This document shows, one piece after another, positions 1 to 9,340 of a stretch of DNA of 64,000 nucleotides. The position numbers were made by a program, and so were the translations under genes. The notes beneath the pieces were generated by a model. That model had not been told where the DNA came from and made no database searches. It was given only the letters and a program-made list of their open reading frames with translations. Within the stretch, counting starts at the first letter, position 1. Each line of letters opens with the position of its first letter. Source of the stretch: an uncultured delta proteobacterium. Lineage in GTDB: Bacteria; Desulfobacterota; Desulfobacteria; Desulfobacterales; Desulfosalsimonadaceae. The stretch is taken from contig CAWGYD010000009.1 of NCBI GenBank assembly GCA_963826785.1, positions 6,857 to 70,856 of the forward strand, written 5' to 3'.

Positions 1-278
1 TTATTGCCGGATAAAGTGACGCCCTTTTTATTGTTTAACTGAACGCTAGTTGTCACTGGACCAGTCGGGGTATTAACATAGGAGGGGATAGCGAAATAGT
101 CCGCGACGGACCCGGCAATATTATTGGCATCGGATTCCGCCTGACTGCAGAAGGATTTGTTACGATAGGCGATGAAGTTCGGGATGGCGATGGCGGCCAG
201 AATACCGATGATGGCGATAACGATCATGAGTTCGATCAGGGTAAAACCTTGGGAATTTCCTCTCAGTTTCTGTAACAT
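1..278 (-). CDS. type IV pilin / pseudopilin, first 92 codons only (3' end lies beyond window start)
   Basis: Own minus-strand translation from ATG 278 (AGGAGG at 285-290): MLQKLRGNSQG|FTLIELMIVIAIIGILAAIAIPNFIAYRN... This shows the prepilin cleavage/N-methylation motif G-FTLIELM plus a hydrophobic helix. Absent from the ORF track because no stop lies inside the window. Confidence 0.85.
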   Translation of the reverse strand, partial: MLQKLRGNSQGFTLIELMIVIAIIGILAAIAIPNFIAYRNKSFCSQAESDANNIAGSVADYFAIPSYVNTPTGPVTTSVQLNNKKGVTLSGN

Positions 279-420
279 AGGTGTCCTCCTTGAGTTGAGT
301 ATGAGTTGTTCGGGTTATGATGAGATTATCTATTTAATTTTAAAAATCAACCAAAAATTCTTGTTTTCCCACCCCCTTTTCCATTTTGAATTATTTTGAG
401 TTGAATAATGCTAAACAGCT

Positions 421-436
421 TGCAATCTATGTGCCA
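421..436 (-). promoter_or_regulatory. sigma54 (-24/-12) promoter for the pilin gene
   Basis: Plus strand TGCAATCTATGTGCCA is TGGCAC-ATAGA-TTGCA on the minus strand, an exact match to TGGCAC-N5-TTGCW. It lies about 145 nt upstream of the pilin ATG. Confidence 0.7.
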
Positions 437-788
437 TGTAGGGTCATTTTCTAAATCAAATTTAAGATACTGAATAATTATATTATTTATCACAAGATGA
501 ATCTTAATTCCACAATTTTAGTATTTTGAATCCGGAATTTAGACAAAAATTGTCAGAACCGGCCGTTTTTTGTCAACCGTATTGCGGCGGGTCAATGAAG
601 TGGATATGATTCCTTTGAAATTTAATTGTGTACTGCTGATAAATAATTATCATGTAACAAAATGAATATTTAATCTTTACATGGTATACGCTTGTTCCAT
701 ATTTTGCTTGACCTCTTTGATCCCAAATTGATAAATTTATAAATTTAGTTATAGGTATTAGGGATGATCTGTTTTTGTCCTTAATCAT

Positions 789-922
789 TGATGAACCCGT
801 AAAAAGTCCAAAGTTCGTCACTCCGGTGAAAACCGGAGTCTATAACCAACTTAGTTTGTAGTAGATTCCGGCCTCCGCCGGAATGACGAAAGCGTAAAAT
901 CCGACTTTTTACGGCTTCATCA
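789..922. mobile_element. 134-bp MITE-like palindromic element, copy 1
   Basis: 132/134 identical to the reverse complement of 10406-10539. Has ~20-nt terminal inverted repeats and internal hairpins CTCCGG-N6-CCGGAG and ATTCCGGC-N4-GCCGGAAT. Flanked by TCAT/TCAT. Confidence 0.7.
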
Positions 923-972
923 TCATTCGTAATAAAAATTTTCTTCTTAAATAGAAAGGGGTTGGATGTATC

Positions 973-3691
973 ATGACCAAATATGTCTACACTTTCGGTG
1001 ATGGAAAGGCCGAAGGAGACGGCGGCCAGAAAAATCTGCTGGGGGGCAAAGGTGCGGGCCTGGCGGAAATGGCGCGGATCGGACTGCCGGTGCCCGCCGG
1101 ATTCACCATTACCACCGAATGCTGCATAGATTACATTAAAACAAATGGTTATCCTTCCGGACTTAGAGAAGAAGTTCAAGGCGCGCTGAAGAAAACCGAA
1201 CAGATCATGCAGATGAATTTCGGTGATCCTGAAAATCCGCTCCTGGTTTCCTGCCGGTCCGGGGCGCGAAGCTCCATGCCCGGAATGATGGAAACGGTTT
1301 TAAACGTGGGGCTGACCACCCAGACCATTCCCGGGCTGATCAAAAAGACCGGAAATGAGCGGTTCGTATGGGATGCCTATCGCCGGCTGATCCAGATGTT
1401 TTCGGACGTGGTCATGGAAAAGGCCGAGGGCATCGAGCCCGAAGACGGCAAGGGAATCCGGGTCCAGCTCGATCACCTCATGGACCGGATGAAGGAAGAA
1501 AAGGGTTATGGCGGCGATACGGATTTTACCGCCGATGATTTTAAGATTTTAACGGAAAAATTCAAGATCCGGGTCAAGGAAGTTCTGGGAAAGGAATTTC
1601 CGGATGATCCCGAAGAACAGCTCTGGAGAGCCATCGGCGCTGTGTTTAAAAGCTGGGACGGCAAGCGCTCCGTTTCCTACCGCCGCATAGAGGGGATTCC
1701 CGATGAGTGGGGGACCGCCTGCAACGTGCAGAGCATGGTTTTCGGCAATATGGGCGATACTTCCGCCACCGGCGTTGGGTTTACCCGGAATCCGGCCACC
1801 GGCGAAAATGAATTCTACGGCGAATGGCTGCCCAATGCCCAGGGTGAAGACGTGGTCGCGGGCATCCGCACACCCAATCCATTAAATGAACACACCAAAA
1901 GCGATCACAACCAGCACCTGCCCTCCCTTGAGACCGCCATGCCGGAAGTCTATCAGGATCTGTTGCGGGTCCGGGGCATCCTGGAAAATCACAACAAGGA
2001 CATGCAGGACATCGAATTCACGGTCCAGGAAGGAACGCTTTACATGCTCCAGACCCGGGTGGGAAAACGGACCGGTCTGGCGGCACTGAATATGGCCATG
2101 GACATGCTTGCAGAAAATTTGATCGACGAGAAGACCGTGGTCACCCGGGTCACTCCGCTGCAGCTCGATGAAATGCTCCACCCCCTTCTGGACCCCGAAG
2201 CGGAAAAACTGGCGGTTGCCATTGCCAAGGGTCTTCCCGCCGGTCCGGGAGCCGCCTGCGGGCACATTGTGTTCACCTCTGCTGATGCCGTCAAATGGTT
2301 CAGATCCGGCAAAAAAGTGATCCTGGTCCGGGAAGAAACCAATCCGGAGGATGTGGAAGGCATGCGGGCCGCAGCCGCCATTCTGACCGCCCGCGGCGGC
2401 ATGACCAGCCATGCCGCGCTGGTGGCCCGGGGATGGGGCAAGTGCTGCGTGGTGGGCGCAAGCGCGCTGAAGATCGATCCCATCGAAAAGAAGCTCATGA
2501 TCGAAGGCAAGGTTTACAATGAAGGGGATATCTGTACCTGCAACGGCACCAAAGGGTTGATCTATGCCGGGGAACTGCCCATGATGGATGCCACGGAAAA
2601 TCCCCGGCTGAAGGATTTCATGGCCATCGTGGACAAATACCGGACCATGAAAGTGCGCACCAATGCAGAGACCGCCAAAGATGTGAAACTGGCCAAGGAG
2701 TTCGGCGCCCAGGGCATCGGCCTGTTTCGGACCGAGCACATGTTTTATGGCGAAGGCGCCCAGGAACCGCTGTTCCTGCTCCGGAAAATGATCTTGAGCG
2801 ATTCGGAAAAGGAGCGGCGATCCGCCTCCGAGGATCTTTTCCCCTATGTGAAGCAGGATGTGAAAGAAACGCTTGCGATCATGGACGGCATGGCGGTCAC
2901 TTTCCGCCTTCTGGACCCGCCCCTGCATGAATTTATTCCCCGGGGCGAGGAAAACAAGAAAAAGCTGGCCCAGGCCCTCAATATCGATGTCCACGCCATT
3001 GAAAAACGAAGCGAAGCGCTGAAAGAAAGCAACCCCATGATGGGGCACCGGGGCGTCCGCCTGGGCATCACCTATCCCGAGATTGCCGAAATGCAGATCC
3101 GGGCGATTCTCGAAGCATCCGCCGAACTCATCAAGGAAGGGAAAAAACCGATTCCGGAAATCATGGTGCCGGTCACCTGTGATGTGAAGGAACTCGACCA
3201 ACATCAAGGAGATCGTGGATGCGGTTTACGGGGAAGTGATCGCCAAATTCGAACTTGCGGCCATCGATTATCGGTACGGCACCATGATCGAAATTCCAAG
3301 AGCCGCCCTGCTGGCGGATAGGATGGCCGAATGTGCAGAGTTTTTCTCCTTCGGGACCAATGACCTCACCCAGATGATGTTCGGGTTCAGCCGGGATGAT
3401 ATGGGCGGATTCATGCAGCATTACATGGACAAGAACATCCTGCGAAACGATCCGTTTCAAACCATCGATGTGGAGGGCGTGGGTGCATTGATCAAGGATG
3501 CGGTGGCCAAGGGAAGAAAAACCCGAAAAGACCTCAAGATCGGCATTTGCGGCGAACACGGCGGGGACGCGGCTTCTGTCCGGTTCTGCTTTGAAAATGG
3601 GTTCAGCTACGTCAGCTGTTCCCCGTTCCGGCTGCCCATCGCCCGGCTGGCGGCGGCGCAGGCTGCCATCGAGGATGGGGGGTCTGATTAA
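973..3691 (+). CDS. ppdK: pyruvate, phosphate dikinase, reading frame broken once near 3199
   Basis: N-terminus is MTKYVYTFGDGKAEGDGGQKNLLGGKGAGLAEM. Phosphohistidine region GGMTSHAALVARG. C-terminus GTMIEIPRAAL...FSFGTNDLTQ continues in the +1 frame (ORF 3215..3691). Confidence 0.9.
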
Positions 3692-3703
3692 GAATTGAGA
3701 AAA

Positions 3704-3981
3704 GGGGGGGTGATGGGTTGCGGACACCCCCCTGACCCCCCTCAAGGGGGGAATTGGTCGATGGGTTTACGGACACCCCCCTGACCCCCCTGACAATTCA
3801 GGGGGGAATTCGTGGCTTTGCGACCCCCCCTCTCGGGGGGAATTGATCGATGGGTTTACGGACACCCACCCGAATATCTGACCCCCCTGAACATCTTGCG
3901 GGTCAGTTTTGATTCTTAATATCGGGAATTGGTCGATGGGTTGCACCCCCCTCAAGGGGGGAATTGATCATATAATCAATT
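3704..3981. repeat. array of about 6 degenerate C6/G6 hairpin units
   Basis: Recurrent GGGGGGAATTG(G/A)TCGATGGGTT(T)(A)CGGACACCCCCCTGACCCCCCT...GGGGGG modules. The array ends with the palindrome GAATTGAT-CATATA-ATCAATTC. Confidence 0.8.
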
Positions 3982-3990
3982 CACCACCGG

Positions 3991-4018
3991 GCACCGGCGA
4001 TTCGCCGGTGCTTTTTTT
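3991..4018 (+). terminator. intrinsic terminator (ppdK side)
   Basis: GCACCGGCG-ATT-CGCCGGTGC followed by T7. The T-run overlaps the aroC stop. Confidence 0.6.
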
Positions 4019-5078
4019 ATGCGGGGCTCTGGTTCGCCCGCTGCCTCAGCAGATGGTCAACCAGCACCAGAGATACCATGGCCTCGCACACCACATTGAT
4101 GCGGGGGATGGCGGAGACGTCGTGGCGGCCTTTGATGGCGATTTTTTGAGGGTTGCCGTGCACGTCGATGCTGTTTTGCTCCAGGGCAATGGAGGGGATG
4201 GGCTTGACCGCAACCCGGATGCGGATTTCGTCCCCGTTGGAGATCCCGGCCAGGATGCCGCCGGCATGATTGCTCAAAAACCCTTCCGGCGTGATGGGAT
4301 CGTTGTTCTCCGACCCGGTCATGCCGGCGGATTCAAATCCGGCGCCGATCTCGATGCCTTTTACCGCCCCGATGCTCATCAGCCCTTTGGCCAGATCCGC
4401 GTCCAGTTTATCAAATACCGGCTCCCCCAGCCCGGCAGGAACACCCGTGACCCGGATTTCAACGATCCCTCCGATGGAATCGCCCCGCTTTTTCACCTCG
4501 GCCACCCGGATGGCCATATCCTGAGCGGCGTCTGGATCCGGAGAACAGAACATGTTTTCGCTGATGAGCGTTCGATCAAATGTTTTGGCAACGATTCCAC
4601 CGAGAACGGCCGTATAGGCATACACGTCGATACCGGATCTTTTCAGCACTTCGCGTGCAACGGCTCCGCCAGCCACCCGTCCCACGGTTTCCCGGGCAGA
4701 TGATCGGCCGCCGCCCCGCCAGTCCCGGATTCCATATTTCGCCTGATAAGTGAAATCACCGTGGCCGGGCCGGTAGATCTCCGCATAAGGCTGATACGAA
4801 GCGGAATGGGCGTCTTTGTTTTCGACCATGATCATGATGGGGGTGCCGGTGGTCTGGTTTTCAAAAACGCCGGAATAGATTCTGGCGACATCGCCTTCCC
4901 TGCGGGCGGTGCTGGCCAAAGACCCTCCGGGTTTGCGGCGGTCGAGCATGGCCTGGATGATGGTTTCATCCAGGGGGACCCGCGGCGGGCACCCGTCGAT
5001 GACCACGCCTACACCCGGACCGTGGGATTCGCCCCAGGTGGTGATCGAAAACAGTTTACCGAATGTGTTTCCGGGCAT
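4017..5078 (-). CDS. aroC: chorismate synthase
   Basis: [32 protein letters not shown]..., 353 aa, typical length. Confidence 0.95.
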   Translation of the reverse strand: MPGNTFGKLFSITTWGESHGPGVGVVIDGCPPRVPLDETIIQAMLDRRKPGGSLASTARREGDVARIYSGVFENQTTGTPIMIMVENKDAHSASYQPYAEIYRPGHGDFTYQAKYGIRDWRGGGRSSARETVGRVAGGAVAREVLKRSGIDVYAYTAVLGGIVAKTFDRTLISENMFCSPDPDAAQDMAIRVAEVKKRGDSIGGIVEIRVTGVPAGLGEPVFDKLDADLAKGLMSIGAVKGIEIGAGFESAGMTGSENNDPITPEGFLSNHAGGILAGISNGDEIRIRVAVKPIPSIALEQNSIDVHGNPQKIAIKGRHDVSAIPRINVVCEAMVSLVLVDHLLRQRANQSPA

Positions 5079-5275
5079 ATTTTTTTTTTCCTTTTTAAGC
5101 GTCCGAATTACGGTCCTTGTGCTGGTTGGGATTTGGCATACACAGGCCCTGCATCACAGGCAAATAATATTGCCGTCAGCAAGTTTTTTTATCGTCTCTT
5201 TTGCTAAAGAGGCGATATGCGCTTTAAAATCCCCACCCTCGCCCACTTTTGCGGTTGCCTGCCCATTTCGTCTTT

Positions 5276-5681
5276 CTGGATTCCGGCTTAAAGCTTGCCG
5301 GAATGACCAATAATGACGATTGTGGTGATCGAAAATAATGAGATTTCGGTGCGACGGAAATCCCCCCTGCCCCCCTTTGCGAAAGGGGGAAAAAAATAAC
5401 GCAAAAAACCACTACTGGAGGTTATGTGGATAAGCAAAAAATGTTTTCTGGTTATCCGGAATACTCCAGTTAGAATTCCGGATTCAAAGTCCCCCTTTGG
5501 AAAAGGGGGATTTAGGGGGATTTGGCGCCTCCCGGGAGAAATCCCCCCCGCCCCCCTTTTCAAAAGGGGGGAGAAAAACGATTACTGGATTTTTCGGGAT
5601 AACCAGAAAATGTTTTTTCTCGCAAAGTCGATAAGCTCAAACCTTATTGGTCATTCCGGCAAGCTTTAAGCCGGAATCCAG
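5276..5681. repeat. 406-bp nested-palindrome (BIME-like) intergenic element
   Basis: Perfect 38-nt inverted ends CTGGATTCCGGCTTAAAGCTTGCCGGAATGACCAATAA (5276-5313 / 5644-5681). Inner inverted pair at 5436-5470 / 5584-5618. Two direct C6-TG/CG-C6...G5-6 hairpin modules at about 5357-5420 and 5538-5590. Confidence 0.75.
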
Positions 5682-5723
5682 TGCGGTCTTTGCGATCCTG
5701 GCGAGTTATTCAGATTTTTTAAG

Positions 5724-6236
5724 CTATATCTTGTCCATAATTTCCTGAACCACGGCGTCAATCGATTTGTTTTCCGTGTCTATGGCAACATCCATGGCCT
5801 GTTCATATAATGGAGTGCGCTCTTTTAAAGTTTGTGCCACTTCGTCGGCAATCTTTTTATCTGTCAGCGGCGGGCGGGTTTCCGGCGTGCGGGTGTCCGC
5901 CGCCATTCGTGCCAGGATGGTGTCCGCAGACGCTGTGAGCCAGACAATTCTGCCGCCATTTTTTTTCATGTGCCCGATATTTTCCGGACGCAGCACGACG
6001 CCGCCGCCGGTGGCGACCACGAGATCCGTCTTTTGGCTCAACTGCAAAATAACCCGGGCCTCCTTCTCCCGAAATACCGGCCATCCAAAGGTGGAGACCA
6101 GATCCGAAATGGCCATCTTCTCCTGATTGACCAGAAAATCGTCCGCATCGATAAACTGGAGCGCCATCTTTTCTGCAAGCGCTTTGCCTACCCGGGTCTT
6201 GCCCGTGCACCGGTATCCGATCAGGTAAATGTTCAT
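5724..6236 (-). CDS. aroK: shikimate kinase
   Basis: MNIYLIGYRCTGKTRVGKALAEK (P-loop), 170 aa. Its start overlaps the aroA stop. Confidence 0.9.
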   Translation of the reverse strand: MNIYLIGYRCTGKTRVGKALAEKMALQFIDADDFLVNQEKMAISDLVSTFGWPVFREKEARVILQLSQKTDLVVATGGGVVLRPENIGHMKKNGGRIVWLTASADTILARMAADTRTPETRPPLTDKKIADEVAQTLKERTPLYEQAMDVAIDTENKSIDAVVQEIMDKI

Positions 6237-7510
6237 GACGCATACAGCCCGTCAAACACTTGCCAGAACCGGGGAAAGGATTTTTCCACGCATGCCGGAT
6301 TGGATATGATCATGCCCGGAATGAGGAGTCCGGCAACGGCAAAGCTCATGGCGATCCGGTGGTCGTTATAGGTTTCGATCACCGCGCCCTTTGGCTCACC
6401 GCCAGAAACGACCAGGTCCTGATCGGTGGCGGCCGCCTCAATGCCCATTTTTGTCAATTCCGCGGCCACCGCCCCCAGCCGATCGCTTTCCTTCGCCCGC
6501 AGGTGGGCCACGTTCCGGATGATGGTTTTACCCCTTGCAAAGGCGGCGATAACGGAAAGCGTTGGAACCAGGTCCGGCATATCGGCCATATCCACATCGA
6601 CGCCGCACAGATCTTTCCCTCTTACGCTGATGCCATCCGGTTCGTATGCCACCGAACATCCCATCCTGGAGAGGACCTTTACGAATTTCAGATCGCCCTG
6701 CCTGGATGTTGCACTAAGCCCTCTGACTTTCACCGCCGATCCGGTAACGGCGCCTGCGGCCCAGAAATAACTTGCCTGGGAGGCGTCCGGCTCCACCTCG
6801 TACTCGCCGGGCCGGTAAGTTTGCCGGCCGGGAACATTGAAGTATCGATATTTCTCCCTGGACAGTTCGATGCCGAACTTTTCCATGATGTCGCAGGTCA
6901 TATCGATATACGGCCTGGAAACGGGCCCGTCGGTGACATGAATGGAAAGGCCGTTTTCGGTCAGGGGGGCAATCAAAAGAAGAGCGGACAGAAACTGACT
7001 GCTGATGGCGCAGTTGATGAAGACTTCTCCGCCCTTGACCGTGCCGCCGTTTACGGTGATGGGGGGGCAGCCGCTGTTTTTCGATGATACGGCAGAGATG
7101 CCGGCCTGCTGCAGGGCATCGAGCAGATCCTGAATGGGACGCTGGTGCATGCGGTCTGTCCCGGACAGCACGTAAGTGCCCTGCCCCAGCCCCGCGACCG
7201 CCGCCATCAGCCGCATGGTGGTTCCTGAATTGCCGACAAATATCGGCTCCGGCACCGGATGAAACCGGCCTCCGGTTCCGGCAATTTCGATGAAATCCTT
7301 AGTCTCCGAACTTTTAGCGCCCAGTTGATTCAGCGCGGACAGAGTGTAGCGGGTGTCCTGGGCGTCGAGCCAGTTTCGGATGCGGCTGGTTCCTTCTGCC
7401 AGGGATGCTGCGATCAGCATGCGGTGGGTATAGCTTTTCGATCCCGGGACGGAAACGATGCTGTCTTTGATCTTTTGCGGCTTGATTTCACGCATTGGCT
7501 TCATTTTCAT
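6233..7510 (-). CDS. aroA: 3-phosphoshikimate 1-carboxyvinyltransferase (EPSP synthase)
   Basis: VPGSKSYTHRMLIAASLAEG...DHRIAMSFAVAGL, 425 aa. Confidence 0.95.
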   Translation of the reverse strand: MKMKPMREIKPQKIKDSIVSVPGSKSYTHRMLIAASLAEGTSRIRNWLDAQDTRYTLSALNQLGAKSSETKDFIEIAGTGGRFHPVPEPIFVGNSGTTMRLMAAVAGLGQGTYVLSGTDRMHQRPIQDLLDALQQAGISAVSSKNSGCPPITVNGGTVKGGEVFINCAISSQFLSALLLIAPLTENGLSIHVTDGPVSRPYIDMTCDIMEKFGIELSREKYRYFNVPGRQTYRPGEYEVEPDASQASYFWAAGAVTGSAVKVRGLSATSRQGDLKFVKVLSRMGCSVAYEPDGISVRGKDLCGVDVDMADMPDLVPTLSVIAAFARGKTIIRNVAHLRAKESDRLGAVAAELTKMGIEAAATDQDLVVSGGEPKGAVIETYNDHRIAMSFAVAGLLIPGMIISNPACVEKSFPRFWQVFDGLYAS

Positions 7511-8327
7511 TTCCTGATAGTGCCTGATACACGGTCTGCTTCATGAGATCCACCGGTGCCTTGGCCCCCGTCCAGTATTCAAACTGGACCGCCCCCTGAT
7601 AGACAAACATGGATACCCCGTCCACGGTTTTGCACCCTTTTTGTTCCGCCGTTTTTAACAGCTCGGTTTTTAAAGGATTGTAAATGATATCCATCACCAG
7701 CATCTCCGGTTTCAGATAATCGGAAAGAACCGGCATTTTAAACGTGTCCGGATACATCCCCACCGGCGTGGTATTGATCAGGATGTCGCATGGGATGTCT
7801 GCCATATTTTTGAGGGGATGAAAGTTAGCATCCAGCGCAGCGGCCAGCGCTTCGCCCTTTTGAGGGGTGCGGTTGACGATGGTGAGGTGGGCGCCTTCGG
7901 ATTTGATGCCGTACCCGATGGCCCGGGCTGAGCCGCCCGCACCGATGATCACCACCTGTTTGCCCCTGATATCGACGCGTTCCGACAACGCCTTCATGGC
8001 GCCTAAACAATCGGTGTTATATCCCTTGAGCCGCCCTTCCCTGTTGATCACCGTATTGACGGCGCCGATCTTCTCGGCTGTTTCGTCAAAAAAATCGAGA
8101 TATTCCATGATCGATTGCTTGTGCGGAATGGTTACGCTGACCCCGGCGATATTGAGCCCCCGGATGCCGGCAACCGCAGCCCCGATGTCGGTGACACGAA
8201 AAGCGGCATAAACCCCTGGATAACCGATCTGTTCAAATGCGTGGTTATGCATCAGCGGCCCCAGGCTGTGTCCTACGGGATTGCCGATCAAACCGTACAC
8301 GCGGGTTCTGGCATCAATGCGTCGCAT
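7488..8327 (-). CDS. aroE: shikimate dehydrogenase
   Basis: YGLIGNPVGHSLGPLMHNHAF...NTDCLG...IGAGGSARAI. Confidence 0.9.
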   Translation of the reverse strand: MRRIDARTRVYGLIGNPVGHSLGPLMHNHAFEQIGYPGVYAAFRVTDIGAAVAGIRGLNIAGVSVTIPHKQSIMEYLDFFDETAEKIGAVNTVINREGRLKGYNTDCLGAMKALSERVDIRGKQVVIIGAGGSARAIGYGIKSEGAHLTIVNRTPQKGEALAAALDANFHPLKNMADIPCDILINTTPVGMYPDTFKMPVLSDYLKPEMLVMDIIYNPLKTELLKTAEQKGCKTVDGVSMFVYQGAVQFEYWTGAKAPVDLMKQTVYQALSGNENEANA

Positions 8328-8337
8328 GCGCTTTGCT

Positions 8338-9330
8338 CTATTTTTCCGTTATGGTTTCATCGATTTTCATGCCGAAATGCCGGCCGCTATCCTCTAAGGC
8401 CACCAGCACCTTATCTTTGGGGCGCAGGCTGATGACGGACACCGGGTTGCCATCCGGGCGGGTCAGCCGGATGGTTTCCGCGTTTTGCACAATGGTGTTG
8501 ATCTCACGGTCGCCCGATATTGCCCGGACCAGCATGAGAGGCCTTTTTTCGATCTTGATCCGGCCGACGATGCCGGTGCTGGTGCGGCCCTGAAAATCGG
8601 TGATCAGCACGGCGTCTCCCGCGCGCAGTTCAGAAAGGTACCGGGTCCTGCCGTCGGGCACCCGGGTGTACGCATGCACGGGACCGGCGTTGACCCGAAA
8701 CGGCCGGGGGGACACATAGGGGTTTTCGACGCTTTCGGAATGTACCAGAAAAAGCGCGCTGCTGCTGTTGCCCACCAGGAGGCCTTCCCCGGTTTTCATT
8801 TCCGTGCAGGTGTCCACACAGACCCGGTCGCCCATGCCCACGGCCCTGATTTCGAGGATTTCGGCCGATTCAAGTGCAATCCCTTCCGTCTGCGATGCGG
8901 CAAGGGCGAGCACTTTTTTCAATTCCGGCACATTATCGGTGTGAATCAAAATCCGGCCGACCCCCTTTTCCAGAATGCCAAACGCGGTTTGGGCCTCATC
9001 CAGGCCGCGCACCATGGCAATGACGTCCGCATTCTTGGCGATCAGGTTTTCAAGCGGAATGATCGACCAGTCGCTGCATTGGAGCACCACCTGACGGTCC
9101 TGGCACAACTTGACGATTTCGTCTTCGTCCCGGCCGCTTTGAATGGAAAAGACGACCACGTCTTTTCCCTCCACCAGATCACCGTCATCGGATATGGTCG
9201 TAATCTGTCCGAGTTCCTTCACCTTGGCGGAATATCCGGAGGGGACCCATACCGCATCGGCCCCGCCTTCGATGGCGGTGGTGGCCAGATCCTTGTTCCA
9301 CGGGTCGATCTTCACCCATACCTTGCGCAT
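8338..9330 (-). CDS. aroB': 3-dehydroquinate synthase II (archaeal type)
   Basis: [30 protein letters not shown]..., 330 aa. Resembles the MJ1249 family rather than AroB. Adjacent to aroA'. Confidence 0.85.
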   Translation of the reverse strand: MRKVWVKIDPWNKDLATTAIEGGADAVWVPSGYSAKVKELGQITTISDDGDLVEGKDVVVFSIQSGRDEDEIVKLCQDRQVVLQCSDWSIIPLENLIAKNADVIAMVRGLDEAQTAFGILEKGVGRILIHTDNVPELKKVLALAASQTEGIALESAEILEIRAVGMGDRVCVDTCTEMKTGEGLLVGNSSSALFLVHSESVENPYVSPRPFRVNAGPVHAYTRVPDGRTRYLSELRAGDAVLITDFQGRTSTGIVGRIKIEKRPLMLVRAISGDREINTIVQNAETIRLTRPDGNPVSVISLRPKDKVLVALEDSGRHFGMKIDETITEK

Positions 9331-9340
9331 GGTCTTCTCC

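Noticed and set aside
3704-3960. G-quadruplex formation by the repeated G6 runs
   Set aside because: G runs on one strand are 35-120 nt apart, far beyond normal G4 loop lengths. Each has a complementary C6 run a few nt away that would form a much more stable hairpin.
3704-3981. Possible CRISPR array, given the regularly recurring G6/C6-containing units
   Set aside because: Units vary from about 27 to 90 nt. There are no unique spacers between constant repeats. The 'repeat' itself is degenerate. No cas genes or leader are present. The same module recurs singly at 5357-5590. It behaves like a REP/hairpin repeat family.
5224-5669. Small ORFs 5224..5412(-), 5288..5563(-) and 5424..5669(+), and likewise 3767..3955(-) and the start of 3909..4703(+)
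   Set aside because: They are translations of the hairpin repeats (PLSQRGAGGI, FPKGDF, PLFKRGE and similar). Their starts and stops are set by the repeat units, so they are not genes.
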